This document shows, piece after piece, positions 44,466-53,087 of a stretch of DNA of 55,271 nt. Every line of letters starts with the position of its first letter. Position 1 is the first letter of the stretch. The position numbers and the translations under genes were made by a program. This DNA is from an uncultured Clostridia bacterium. GTDB taxonomy: Bacteria > Bacillota > Clostridia > Christensenellales > Borkfalkiaceae. The stretch covers positions 1-55,271 of the forward strand of contig CALVUL010000020.1 of assembly GCA_944363555.1 (NCBI GenBank), read 5' to 3'. The notes beneath the pieces are model-generated. The model saw only the letters and a program-made list of their open reading frames with translations, searched no databases and was not told the DNA's origin.

Positions 44466-44510
44466 TGTAAACGAAAACCACGCGACTATCGCGGGGTTTT
44501 CGTTTACACA
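44464..44510. repeat. Long near-perfect hairpin (16-bp outer stem plus 4-bp inner stem) without a U-tract
   Basis: TGTGTAAACGAAAACC (44464-44479) pairs with GGTTTTCGTTTACACA (44495-44510). The inner stem is CGCG/CGCG. Confidence 0.5.
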
Positions 44511-44511
44511 A

Positions 44512-44537
44512 TAAAAACCACGTGCTGTGCACGTGGA
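44512..44537 (-). terminator. Rho-independent terminator of rsfS
   Basis: CCACGTGC-TGT-GCACGTGG, followed by T5 on the minus strand. It lies 11 nt after the rsfS stop. Confidence 0.6.
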
Positions 44538-44547
44538 TGATTTTTCT

Positions 44548-44892
44548 TCAATCCATCTTTTCGGTGTTTTCGCCGTTGTCCCACAGCCGTTCGAGGTGGT
44601 AAAACAGGCGGCTTTCGTCGTTGAAAATATGCACGATGACGTCGCCGTAATCGAGCGCCGCCCAGCGCCCTTCCCGCACGCCCTCCCGCCGCAGGGGTGA
44701 ACTCCCCAGTTTGTCGAGTTCCTCCTCGAGGTTCTCGGCAAGGCTTCTGACGTGCGTGAGGCTGCGCCCCGTCGCAATGACGTAATAATCCGCCAGTATG
44801 GTCTTGTCCGCAACGTCGATCTTCAAAATATCCGTCGCTTTTTTGTCCGATAGGATCCGGCAAACCGCCAGAGCCAGTTCTTTGCTGTTCAA
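44548..44892 (-). CDS. rsfS: Ribosome silencing factor RsfS
   Basis: 114 aa with ILADYYVIATGRSLTHVRSLAENL. I use the TTG start at 44892, 7 nt after AAGGAG, which overlaps the nadD/yqeK stop (TTGA). The track's longer N-terminus runs antisense-like into the previous gene. Confidence 0.85.
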   Translation of the reverse strand: MNSKELALAVCRILSDKKATDILKIDVADKTILADYYVIATGRSLTHVRSLAENLEEELDKLGSSPLRREGVREGRWAALDYGDVIVHIFNDESRLFYHLERLWDNGENTEKMD

Positions 44893-46013
44893 ATTCTTTT
44901 CTCCTTTACATAATAGTCGTAACATTCTTCGGTGAGGCGGTAAGGCGTTTTCCCCGCCTCGAGAAGGTGGCGGCGCGTCGTTTCCACGCAGGCGGAAAAG
45001 CATGCGTCGAAATCGGCGTCGAACAGCCGCCTAAGCCGTTCCGCGCCGTCGAACGTGCGCCCCTCCTCCACCATGTCGGCAACGAACACCAGTTTTTCGA
45101 GGTCGCTCATGCCTGCCCTGCCCGTAGTGTGGTAACGCACGGCGTTGATTACGTCCCGATCCTTTACGCCGTATACGTGTTCGAGCATATACGCGCCGAG
45201 GAAGGCGTGCGCCACCGGCGCGGGCGCGTCCGCGGGGACGGCTGCGGGAAACTTCGCCTTGTCGGCGTATTTGGCGATGTCGTGGTACACGCAGGCGTCG
45301 AACACCTTGTCGCGGTCGAGCCCCAGCGATTTCGCCTTGTCGAGGGCGCACGCCGCCACGTTCGCCGTATGCGCAAAACGCTTTTCGCCGAGCACGGTGC
45401 GCACCAGCCGCACGGCGGGCGTGGGCGGATAAAGCCCGTTTCCGGCGATATACCGCGCGACGGCGGAAGGCACGTAAGGCGAAATATCCAGCCCGAACAT
45501 CGCATAAAGGCGGATCTTGGTGGAAGAAACCCGTTTGCCGCGGTAGGAAAGGCGGATGACGTCCGCGCCGAAACGCGTCTTTATCGCCCCGCATTCCCGA
45601 TCGAAATCGACGTACGCCCCCTCCCGTTCGAAAGCGGCAAGGTTCGCCGCCGCCAGAATGCGTTCGGGAAAGCGCCACGTCTTGAAATCTTCCAGCATGT
45701 CGCCGCCGACGAGGAAAACGAGTTGGCTTTCGGGATATACCGCTTTGAAATGTTCCAGCGTTTTATAGGTGTAACTCGTGCCGCCTTCGCGGATCTCGTA
45801 ATCGCAGACGTTTTCCCCCCCGAACGCCAGTTCGAGCATTTCGAGGCGCGCCGCGGCGGGGGCGCATTCGCTGTGCGTTTTATGCGGCGGGGAAAAGGTC
45901 GGCACCGCGACGACGCGGGAAAGGCAAAGTTCTTCTTTCACCCGTTCCGCCATCCGGATATGTTCGTTGTGCACGGGATCGAACGTCCCGCCGAATATAC
46001 CGATTTTCTCCAT
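44889..46013 (-). CDS. nadD: Fusion protein: nicotinate-nucleotide adenylyltransferase (NadD) plus an HD-domain YqeK-like phosphohydrolase
   Basis: The N-terminal 190 aa carry GIFGGTFDPVHNEH. The C-terminal 180 aa are an HD domain (FAHTANVA...CVYHDIAKY...RYHTTG). In Bacillus, yqeJ(nadD)-yqeK-yqeL(rsfS) are separate adjacent genes. Confidence 0.85.
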   Translation of the reverse strand: MEKIGIFGGTFDPVHNEHIRMAERVKEELCLSRVVAVPTFSPPHKTHSECAPAAARLEMLELAFGGENVCDYEIREGGTSYTYKTLEHFKAVYPESQLVFLVGGDMLEDFKTWRFPERILAAANLAAFEREGAYVDFDRECGAIKTRFGADVIRLSYRGKRVSSTKIRLYAMFGLDISPYVPSAVARYIAGNGLYPPTPAVRLVRTVLGEKRFAHTANVAACALDKAKSLGLDRDKVFDACVYHDIAKYADKAKFPAAVPADAPAPVAHAFLGAYMLEHVYGVKDRDVINAVRYHTTGRAGMSDLEKLVFVADMVEEGRTFDGAERLRRLFDADFDACFSACVETTRRHLLEAGKTPYRLTEECYDYYVKEKRI

Positions 46014-46019
46014 GATTTC

Positions 46020-46048
46020 ATTATAGCAAATCGCCGCCGTTTTTACAA
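46020..46048 (-). promoter_or_regulatory. Consensus SigA promoter positioned for a leaderless nadD/yqeK-rsfS mRNA
   Basis: Minus strand reads TTGTAA (46048-46043), a 17-nt spacer, TATAAT (46025-46020), 6 nt, then ATG (46013). No SD is present. Confidence 0.55.
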
Positions 46049-46118
46049 CTTGTTTTTTACGTTTATCTTCCGCAAAATCGGGGAAAGATCATAAAAAAAC
46101 GGAATCGAGGAGAAAAAA

Positions 46119-46916
46119 ATGAAAAGAATGTTGTTTTCCGTGTTTTTCGACGCGTTTTTCGCCGGATTCGCCGCCTTTTTGGTGCTGTTCGTCGTCTTTT
46201 CGGGCTTTGCGGAGACGACGCCCGCCGCGCTCTTCGCCGCCCTGCTCGCGGCGGGGACGGCTGCGCTGTGCTTTTACCGCCTGTACGGCAAGCGGGAAAA
46301 GACCGCCCTTTCTTTGCAGGAACGCAGGCGGACGGAAAATCTGCTTTTTTATCTGGGGCTCAGGCGGGAGGTGAACAAACTCTTCGCCGACGCCTTCGTA
46401 AAACTCGGCAAAACCGCCGCCGTGACCAAAAAAGGAGTGTATTTAAGGGAGGACGACGCCTATGTATACCCCTGCTTTTCCTTCGACGGCGTGAAAAAGG
46501 ACGATCTCGGCCGCGCGTACTTTCTGAGCGGCAGCAAAAAAGCGTACGTTTTCGCGCCGGAATTTTCCGCGGAACTATGCGCGTTCGCGCGGGCGTTCGG
46601 AGAAAAGATCGAACTCTGCGACGGGGCGGAAACCTACCGGCTCTTCAAAAACGCCGGCATGCTCCCCGCCGAAGCCCTCAAAGAAAACAAGCCGACCTTT
46701 GCGGAAAAGATGAAAAACCTGCTAAAACCCGTGTTCACCCGCCGCCGCGCGCCGAAATACTTCCTCTTCGGGCTGACGTTTTTGCTGTTTTCCTTTCTGG
46801 TGCCGTACAAACTGTATTACGTTCTGTTCGGATCCGTCCTGACGGTGTTTTCGGTGATCTGCCTGTTCTTCGCCGTTCCGCCCCAAAAGGGCGAAAGCCG
46901 GCTTTGCAAACGCTGA
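46119..46916 (+). CDS. Membrane protein of unknown function (2 N-terminal TM, a soluble middle domain, 2 C-terminal TM)
   Basis: 265 aa. GAGGAG lies 8 nt upstream of the ATG. No family recognised by eye. Confidence 0.55.
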   Translation: MKRMLFSVFFDAFFAGFAAFLVLFVVFSGFAETTPAALFAALLAAGTAALCFYRLYGKREKTALSLQERRRTENLLFYLGLRREVNKLFADAFVKLGKTAAVTKKGVYLREDDAYVYPCFSFDGVKKDDLGRAYFLSGSKKAYVFAPEFSAELCAFARAFGEKIELCDGAETYRLFKNAGMLPAEALKENKPTFAEKMKNLLKPVFTRRRAPKYFLFGLTFLLFSFLVPYKLYYVLFGSVLTVFSVICLFFAVPPQKGESRLCKR

Positions 46917-46940
46917 TTTTACGGCGCGCGCCGCACGCGT

Positions 46941-47792
46941 TCAGCCGCGCGGCGGTTTGAAGGCTTCGGGGGATCTTCCGAAATAGCGCTTGAAGGCGCG
47001 GCTGAAATTGCAGATCGAATTGTAGGAAAGCGCTTCCGCCGCCTCCGTTACGCTCTTTCCCTCCTGCAGCATTTCCTTTGCGTGTTCCATGCGCTTTTCC
47101 GCGAAATACCGCCTGAGGCTCATCCCCACCGAAGCGGAAAAGATTTTCGACAAATACGGATAGGAATACCCGCAGCGGGCGGAAAGTTCGGCAAGGGAAT
47201 TCAATTCGAGATAATGCCCGTCGATATAGTTTCTCGCCTCCAGCGCCGCCTGTTTCCCGTCGTTGATCTCCAGCGACTTCTCCTCCGCGCCGCCCCGCCG
47301 GAGTTCCACCACGATTTCCCCCAGAAGGCAATCGAGCAGATCGGCGCACACCTCCCCCCGCATAAACTCGGAAATGATCCTGCCCGCAAGCGCCGTAACG
47401 GTTCTGCTCTGCAGGATCTTCTCCTGCGCGTAGCGCGCGTTGATTTCCGGCAGATAGGCGCGGAACTTGGAATTTTCCCGAACGTCGAAAGCGAAATACC
47501 GGTAGCGGAAGGTGTTTTTCGCGGAGATGGCGTGCGTTTCCCCTTTCAAAGACACGTAAACGTCGTTCTTTTTCGCCTCCGTGCCCTCGCCGTCGGTAAA
47601 AAACGTCGCCGCGTTGTATGCCGCGATGCTCAGTTCCACGTCGAAATACTGTTCGTGCCCGCAGATCTGCAGCCCGTTGTAATAATATGCGTCCCCCACC
47701 TGATAAAGCAGAAAATTTTCCGTTTTCACGGGGTCGGAACGCACGTTTCCTTCCGTATAATAATTCTTTTCGAAGATGATCCTGCTCTCCAT
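46941..47792 (-). CDS. AraC-family transcriptional regulator
   Basis: 283 aa with a C-terminal double HTH (LNSLAELSARCGYSYPYLSKIFSA..., VTEAAEALSYNSICNFSRAFKRYFG). Confidence 0.8.
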   Translation of the reverse strand: MESRIIFEKNYYTEGNVRSDPVKTENFLLYQVGDAYYYNGLQICGHEQYFDVELSIAAYNAATFFTDGEGTEAKKNDVYVSLKGETHAISAKNTFRYRYFAFDVRENSKFRAYLPEINARYAQEKILQSRTVTALAGRIISEFMRGEVCADLLDCLLGEIVVELRRGGAEEKSLEINDGKQAALEARNYIDGHYLELNSLAELSARCGYSYPYLSKIFSASVGMSLRRYFAEKRMEHAKEMLQEGKSVTEAAEALSYNSICNFSRAFKRYFGRSPEAFKPPRG

Positions 47793-47798
47793 ACCCCC

Positions 47799-47827
47799 AT
47801 ACTAACGCGCCGCCGCGGATTTGTCAA
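47799..47827 (-). promoter_or_regulatory. SigA promoter positioned for a leaderless AraC-family mRNA
   Basis: Minus strand reads TTGACA (47827-47822), a 17-nt spacer, TAGTAT (47804-47799), 6 nt (GGGGGT), then ATG (47792). Confidence 0.5.
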
Positions 47828-47921
47828 TTGTTTTTTGATTAAAAAATGATAAATAACTGCGGATATTATGATATTTACTGCGCCGCGCCGGCGTGGTATG
47901 ATGGTATGCGGGAGGACAACC

Positions 47922-49100
47922 ATGGATAACGAAAAAATCATACGATCGGTAAAGAACTGTTTCAACTGGCTCGAAGATTATATGCTCACCTTCGGGCGGG
48001 GCGCGTGGGGCGTTTACGAACGCATCCGCACCGACATCAACATGCGCGTGGGCTATTCCCGCCCCGACACCGCCACGGAATTTCTGCGGGCGGCGCGGCT
48101 GTATAAAACAAAACTGCGCGACAGCCGGTATGACGACGTTTACGAAAACCTCGTAAAATGGCTCGCTTTCGCGCAGAATAAAACGGAAACGGAGGGCAAC
48201 GAAGCCTTTCCCTTCTACCTTGCGGACGGCTGCAAGGACTGGAAAGTGATGCAAATGCTTTTCCAGAACGACAACGGCAAGATCATGCTCAACCTCGCGC
48301 TTTTATACATGGAGACAAAGGACGAACGCCTGCTCGCCATGGCGGAAAAATGCGCGGCGTTCTGGCTTTCCGTTCAGCGGGAAAACGGCACGTTCTACGA
48401 CGCGTGCCTGAACATCGGCGAACCCGACAGCGCCGGCGCGTGTTTCGTGTTGTGGCCGATGGCGGCGATGTTCGCCCTCTTTAAGGCGACGGGAAAAGAA
48501 TCTTACCGCCGAAGCGGGGAAAAGGCGTTCGCCTATATGCAGACGCAGCAAAAAGACGGAAGGATCTTCACCTCTTACGAACGCACCAAAACGGAGGCGT
48601 GGCGGCCGGTTTCTTCCGAGCAGTACATCGCCCTTTTGTGTTACGCGATCTCTTTCAACCTGCTCGGCGACGAACGCTTTTTAACGGAAGCGCGCAAACT
48701 TCTTTTGTACAGCGAAACGCTGATCGACGCGGAAACGGGGGCGATCAAAAACTGCGTCGAACGGGATCAGGCGCTTTCGCTGAACGACGATCCTGCCCTG
48801 TGCGATCTTGTGTACACGCAGGGATTCGCCCTCAACGCCTTCGTCGAACTTTACCGCGCCGCGAAGGAGGAAAAATTCCTTGCCCGCGCGCAGAAACTGG
48901 CGGAATTTCTGGCGGATATTCAGTGCAAAGACGATCTGCCCTGCGTAAACGGCGGCTGGCGCGGCTCGTACAACCTGAAAACCGGACGGTACGACGGCAG
49001 GTGCAATCAGCTCAACGCGCTCGACGAGGGCGGCGAATACTCGGTATACGCCGGCTGGTGCGCCCTGCCCATCGCGTTCGGCATGCTGAAACTGCTGTAA
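47922..49100 (+). CDS. Cytoplasmic helical-repeat protein, probably an (alpha/alpha)6-toroid glycoside hydrolase/epimerase-like enzyme
   Basis: 393 aa. Start at ATG 47922 after GGGAGGA. Regularly spaced aromatic/Gly helix-hairpin pattern (ENGTFYD, KDGRIFTS, VNGGWRGSYN). Divergent from an AraC gene. Fold call is tentative. Confidence 0.5.
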   Translation: MDNEKIIRSVKNCFNWLEDYMLTFGRGAWGVYERIRTDINMRVGYSRPDTATEFLRAARLYKTKLRDSRYDDVYENLVKWLAFAQNKTETEGNEAFPFYLADGCKDWKVMQMLFQNDNGKIMLNLALLYMETKDERLLAMAEKCAAFWLSVQRENGTFYDACLNIGEPDSAGACFVLWPMAAMFALFKATGKESYRRSGEKAFAYMQTQQKDGRIFTSYERTKTEAWRPVSSEQYIALLCYAISFNLLGDERFLTEARKLLLYSETLIDAETGAIKNCVERDQALSLNDDPALCDLVYTQGFALNAFVELYRAAKEEKFLARAQKLAEFLADIQCKDDLPCVNGGWRGSYNLKTGRYDGRCNQLNALDEGGEYSVYAGWCALPIAFGMLKLL

Positions 49101-49175
49101 AATTTACGCGCCGAAAGGCAAAAGCGTTTGCCCGTCTTTTTCCTTTCCCGAAACGGCGTATGAACGATCCGAAAA

Positions 49176-49215
49176 CGCTGCGCCCGCGGTTTTTGAAAAC
49201 CGCGGGCGCTTTTGC
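49176..49215. terminator. Bidirectional terminator between convergent genes
   Basis: 14-bp stem GCGCCCGCGGTTTT/AAAACCGCGGGCGC (49180-49209) followed by TTTTGCCGTTTTTT. Confidence 0.65.
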
Positions 49216-49227
49216 CGTTTTTTCGTT

Positions 49228-50112
49228 TTACAACATTTTCAGAAACTCGGAAGCAAAATACACGTCGTGCAGCGCGATGCCGATGTTGTAACATAAAATG
49301 CGCTCTCGTTCGCTCCCGCGCCCCTCGCAGACGCCTTTGACGTACTCCGCCGTTTCCCTGCACCAGCGGAAACGATCGTAATAGCGGAAGTTTTTCACAT
49401 GCGCGTAATCGTCGACGAATATCCTGTCGAACGCGGCGTCGCAATTCATAAATCCGCGCGTATGGACGGGCACGACGAGGACGCCTTCGTTATAACACGA
49501 AAGCGGGGCGAAATCCTCTTCCCGATACGTAACGCCGCTGACGATCACATCCGCGGCGGAAAACAGACTTTCCGGCGCGTCGTATATTTTATACTCCACA
49601 TTCGGAAAGCGATATTTTTGCATAAACGTTTCGTGCGCGTCCTTATATTTCAGCAGCCCGACGGTCAGTTTTTTTTCCCGATAAATTTCCGCCAGCATGG
49701 AAAACGTTGCCGAAACGACGTTGCCGAGCCCCGCAAGCGCGAGGAAGGAAAAATCTTTCCGCGCGAACGACTTTACGGCATGCGCGGCAACCGCTCCGGT
49801 GCGCACCGTCGTGATATATTCCGCGTCGAACGCCGCGGCAAGTTCCCCGTCCGCAAGGCGGTACAGCAGCAGATCGCCGCCGATGCTCGGATTCCGTTCG
49901 GGATAACGGTTGACGATCTTTACCCCCGCCACGCCCTTATACGGCAAGATGCAGGGCATGACGTTGTAAAATACATGTTCTTCCATTTTCATGCTGATCT
50001 TTTCGGGAAGTACGGACTCCGCCTTATGCAAAAGCGCGTTTTCCACCCAGCACAGATATTTTTCCGCCGGCACCCGAAGCGCCGCGAGTTCCTCGTTTGT
50101 GATATGTTTCAT
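49228..50112 (-). CDS. Ornithine cyclodeaminase / mu-crystallin family NAD(P)-dependent enzyme
   Basis: 294 aa. Family motif YITTVRTGAVAAHA and Rossmann loop LALAGLGNVV. Overlaps the upstream gene's stop by 4 nt. Confidence 0.72.
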   Translation of the reverse strand: MKHITNEELAALRVPAEKYLCWVENALLHKAESVLPEKISMKMEEHVFYNVMPCILPYKGVAGVKIVNRYPERNPSIGGDLLLYRLADGELAAAFDAEYITTVRTGAVAAHAVKSFARKDFSFLALAGLGNVVSATFSMLAEIYREKKLTVGLLKYKDAHETFMQKYRFPNVEYKIYDAPESLFSAADVIVSGVTYREEDFAPLSCYNEGVLVVPVHTRGFMNCDAAFDRIFVDDYAHVKNFRYYDRFRWCRETAEYVKGVCEGRGSERERILCYNIGIALHDVYFASEFLKML

Positions 50113-51914
50113 GAAAGAACGTCCTTCATCGCCGCAAGGAAGATATCGTTGTCTTTTTCGTCCCGAATCGCCACGCGGATAAAATTTTTGCCGATAAAAT
50201 AATTTTTCGAAGAAAGATCCTTGATCAGAATATTATGTTTATTGAGCATTTTTACGCAGAATTTATGAGAATCGACCTCGTTTAGATCGATCATCACGAA
50301 ATTCGCCTGCGACGGATAGACCTTCACGCCGAGCGTTTCCAGCGCCGCCGTGAACCGGCGGCGTTCCGCCGCCACGCGTTCGCAGGCGCGCGCATAGGAT
50401 TTGGCATACAGATTGAATATCTGCAAAAAATACTCCGCAAAACTGTTGATGTTCCAGATCTGCATCTCGCGGCGCACCGCCGCGATCAACGCGTCGTTTC
50501 CGGAAGCGAGCACGCCGAGGCGCAGCCCCGGCACGCCGTAGGATTTACTGATGCTTCTGATCACCGTGAGGTTCTTGTAGCGATCGAGGATCTCGTCGTC
50601 AAACAGCGTATATTTTTTGTCCGCGTCGGCAAAATCGATAAACGATTCATCCACGACGAGTTGCGTACCGCAACTTTCGCAACGATCCGCCAGCGCTAAA
50701 ATTTCTTTCTTGCTCAAAAGGCAGCCGCTCGGATTATCCGGCGAAACCACGCACAGCCAATCGGCGGTTTCCGCGGCGGCATAAAGGGCGTTCAGATCGA
50801 ATTGATAGTCCCTTCCGGAATTATCCACGGGGACGATCTCCGCATGGCGGAAACAACGCACGTATTCGTTGAAGGTGGGCAGGCTGACCGCAAACTTTCC
50901 GCGGCACACCGCACCCAACGCGTTGATCAGTTCCGCCGCGCCGTTGCCGACAAGGATCCGCGAATGCTCGACGCCGAACACGCTTTCCGCGTTCATGTTC
51001 TGCACGTCCAGTCCGGAAGGATAAGCCGTCAGCAGAGAAGCGAATTCCGCATTGAGTTTTTCCGTGAATTTTTTCGGCGGAAAGTACGGATTTACGAGAT
51101 AGCAAAAATCCAGCAATTTCGGATAGCGCCAATAACCGCCGAATTTCGAGATCAGCAGATCGTAACTGTCCTTTTTGGAAAAAAGCACGTTGGCGATGTC
51201 GAGATCGGCGGCGTTATCGATCTCGTACCACGGCAGATCCCCCACAAAATACGCTTTCAGTTCGCTTAAAGAAAGGTGCGCCACCACCTTGAGCACCGCT
51301 TCGTAATAACAGTTTTTGCCGTACGCCTGCATATAGGCTCTCAAAAAGGGAAGATACACGCTCTGGGAAAACTTTTTGGACAGTTTGTATACGTTTACCG
51401 TTTTATAATACTGCGAAAGCATCGCGTAGTTCATATCCGTTTTTTCGATGAACTGCGTGATCTTTCCGCTCTCGTCGCAGGTAACCACCGTGCCGTCCAT
51501 CCACGATTCGTACTTCGCCACCACGGCAAGATTTTCGTCCGGACATTCGCACACGCGCCGTATCAGCGATTTATCGAAGATCAGATCGGATTCCAGCAGC
51601 ACGGTATCGTCTTTGACGAGTTCGTCCCGCGCGAGATAAAAACTGTAAATATTGTTGGTGGTTGCGTATTCCCGATTATAAAGAAAGACAAATTCCACGG
51701 GCGCGCCGGCATACTTTTCCTCGATATAACGCATCAGATTTTCCGCTTTATATCCAACCACGAGCACGCACTTGTTTATTTTTGCCTCGATGATCGCTTC
51801 CACCGCGTAATCGATAAGCCTTTTTCCGGCGACTTTCACCATACACTTGGTGTTGTCGTCCGTATATTTCCCCAGCCGTTTTCCCATGCCGGCAGCCAAC
51901 ATTAACGCTTGCAT
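50109..51914 (-). CDS. Bifunctional protein: LicC-like nucleotidyl (cytidylyl) transferase fused to a CobD/HisC-like class I/II PLP enzyme
   Basis: Residues 1-245 carry LAAGMGKRLG, TTNNIYSFYLARDEL and WYEIDNAADLD (the LicC pattern). Residues 250-601 carry VNPYFPP, SPDNPSG and the PLP-Lys motif SISKSYGVPGLRLG. Confidence 0.75.
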   Translation of the reverse strand: MQALMLAAGMGKRLGKYTDDNTKCMVKVAGKRLIDYAVEAIIEAKINKCVLVVGYKAENLMRYIEEKYAGAPVEFVFLYNREYATTNNIYSFYLARDELVKDDTVLLESDLIFDKSLIRRVCECPDENLAVVAKYESWMDGTVVTCDESGKITQFIEKTDMNYAMLSQYYKTVNVYKLSKKFSQSVYLPFLRAYMQAYGKNCYYEAVLKVVAHLSLSELKAYFVGDLPWYEIDNAADLDIANVLFSKKDSYDLLISKFGGYWRYPKLLDFCYLVNPYFPPKKFTEKLNAEFASLLTAYPSGLDVQNMNAESVFGVEHSRILVGNGAAELINALGAVCRGKFAVSLPTFNEYVRCFRHAEIVPVDNSGRDYQFDLNALYAAAETADWLCVVSPDNPSGCLLSKKEILALADRCESCGTQLVVDESFIDFADADKKYTLFDDEILDRYKNLTVIRSISKSYGVPGLRLGVLASGNDALIAAVRREMQIWNINSFAEYFLQIFNLYAKSYARACERVAAERRRFTAALETLGVKVYPSQANFVMIDLNEVDSHKFCVKMLNKHNILIKDLSSKNYFIGKNFIRVAIRDEKDNDIFLAAMKDVLS

Positions 51915-51941
51915 CCCGCACTCCTTCCTTTGTATGCGCCC

Positions 51942-53087
51942 TTAAAATTTTCTCCACACCATCTTGTTGACGACGCCGGTGTAACTTTGGATCAGTTTCA
52001 CCACTTTGTTCGACACGTCCTCCGTATAAACCGGTACGTTTTCGCAAAGATCGCCGTTTTTCAGCATGGAAACCGCAAGGTCCACCGCCTGCAGCACCTG
52101 CTCTGCGGAGATCCCCGCCAGCACGAACGCGCCCTTGTCGAGCGCTTCCGGCCGCTCGGTGCTCGTACGGATGCAGACCGCGGCGATGTCTTTCCCGATC
52201 GAATGGTAAAACGCGCTCTCTTCGGGCAGCGTGCCGCTGTCGGACACGCAGCAGAACGCGTTCATCTGCAAATTGTTGTAATCGCTGAACCCGAAGGGTT
52301 TCAGGCTGCGCACCAACGGATGGAACTTAAAACGCCGCTTTTCGATGAACTTCGCGCTGCGCGGATGGGTGGAATACACGATGGGCATCCCGTAAGTTTC
52401 CGCCATGGCGTTGACCGCGTTCATCAAAGAGAAGAAATTTTCTTCCGTATCGATATTCTCCTCCCTGTGCGCGGAAAGGAGAAAATACTTTTTCTTTTCC
52501 AGACCGAGGGCGGCAAGCACCCCGCTCTTTTCGATCTTTTTCAGATTCGCCCGCAGCACTTCCGCCATCGGCGAGCCGGTAACGAACGTGCGTTCCTTCG
52601 CCGTGCCTTCCGCATTGAGATAGCGGCGGGCGTGTTCGGAATAACAAAGGTTCACGTCCGCAATGTGATCGACGATGCGGCGGTTGGTTTCCTCCGGCAG
52701 ACACTCGTCGAAACAGCGGTTGCCCGCCTCCATGTGAAAGATGGGGATATGCAGCCGCTTGGCGGAGATCGCCGAAAGGCAGGAATTGGTATCGCCCAGC
52801 ACCAGCACGGCGTCGGGCTTTTTTTCCGCCATCAGCGCGTAGGATTTCGCCAGCACGTTGCCCATCGTTTCGCCGAGGTCCTTCCCCACCACGCCGAGAT
52901 AATGATCGGGGGCGCGCAGTTCGAGATCTTCGAAAAACACCTGATTGAGTTCGTAATCGTAATTCTGCCCCGTATGCACCAGCGTCTGCTCGAAATATCG
53001 ATCGCACTTCTTGATGACCTCGGAAAGCCGGATGATCTCCGGCCGCGTGCCCACGATGGTCATCAGTTTGAGTTTATTCATTTTCAT
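51942..53087 (-). CDS. fnlC: UDP-N-acetylglucosamine 2-epimerase family (FnlC/CapG-type)
   Basis: 381 aa with N-terminal MTIVGTRPEIIRLS and a WecB/CapG-like sequence. Third gene of the CapE-CapF-CapG triad. Confidence 0.85.
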   Translation of the reverse strand: MKMNKLKLMTIVGTRPEIIRLSEVIKKCDRYFEQTLVHTGQNYDYELNQVFFEDLELRAPDHYLGVVGKDLGETMGNVLAKSYALMAEKKPDAVLVLGDTNSCLSAISAKRLHIPIFHMEAGNRCFDECLPEETNRRIVDHIADVNLCYSEHARRYLNAEGTAKERTFVTGSPMAEVLRANLKKIEKSGVLAALGLEKKKYFLLSAHREENIDTEENFFSLMNAVNAMAETYGMPIVYSTHPRSAKFIEKRRFKFHPLVRSLKPFGFSDYNNLQMNAFCCVSDSGTLPEESAFYHSIGKDIAAVCIRTSTERPEALDKGAFVLAGISAEQVLQAVDLAVSMLKNGDLCENVPVYTEDVSNKVVKLIQSYTGVVNKMVWRKF

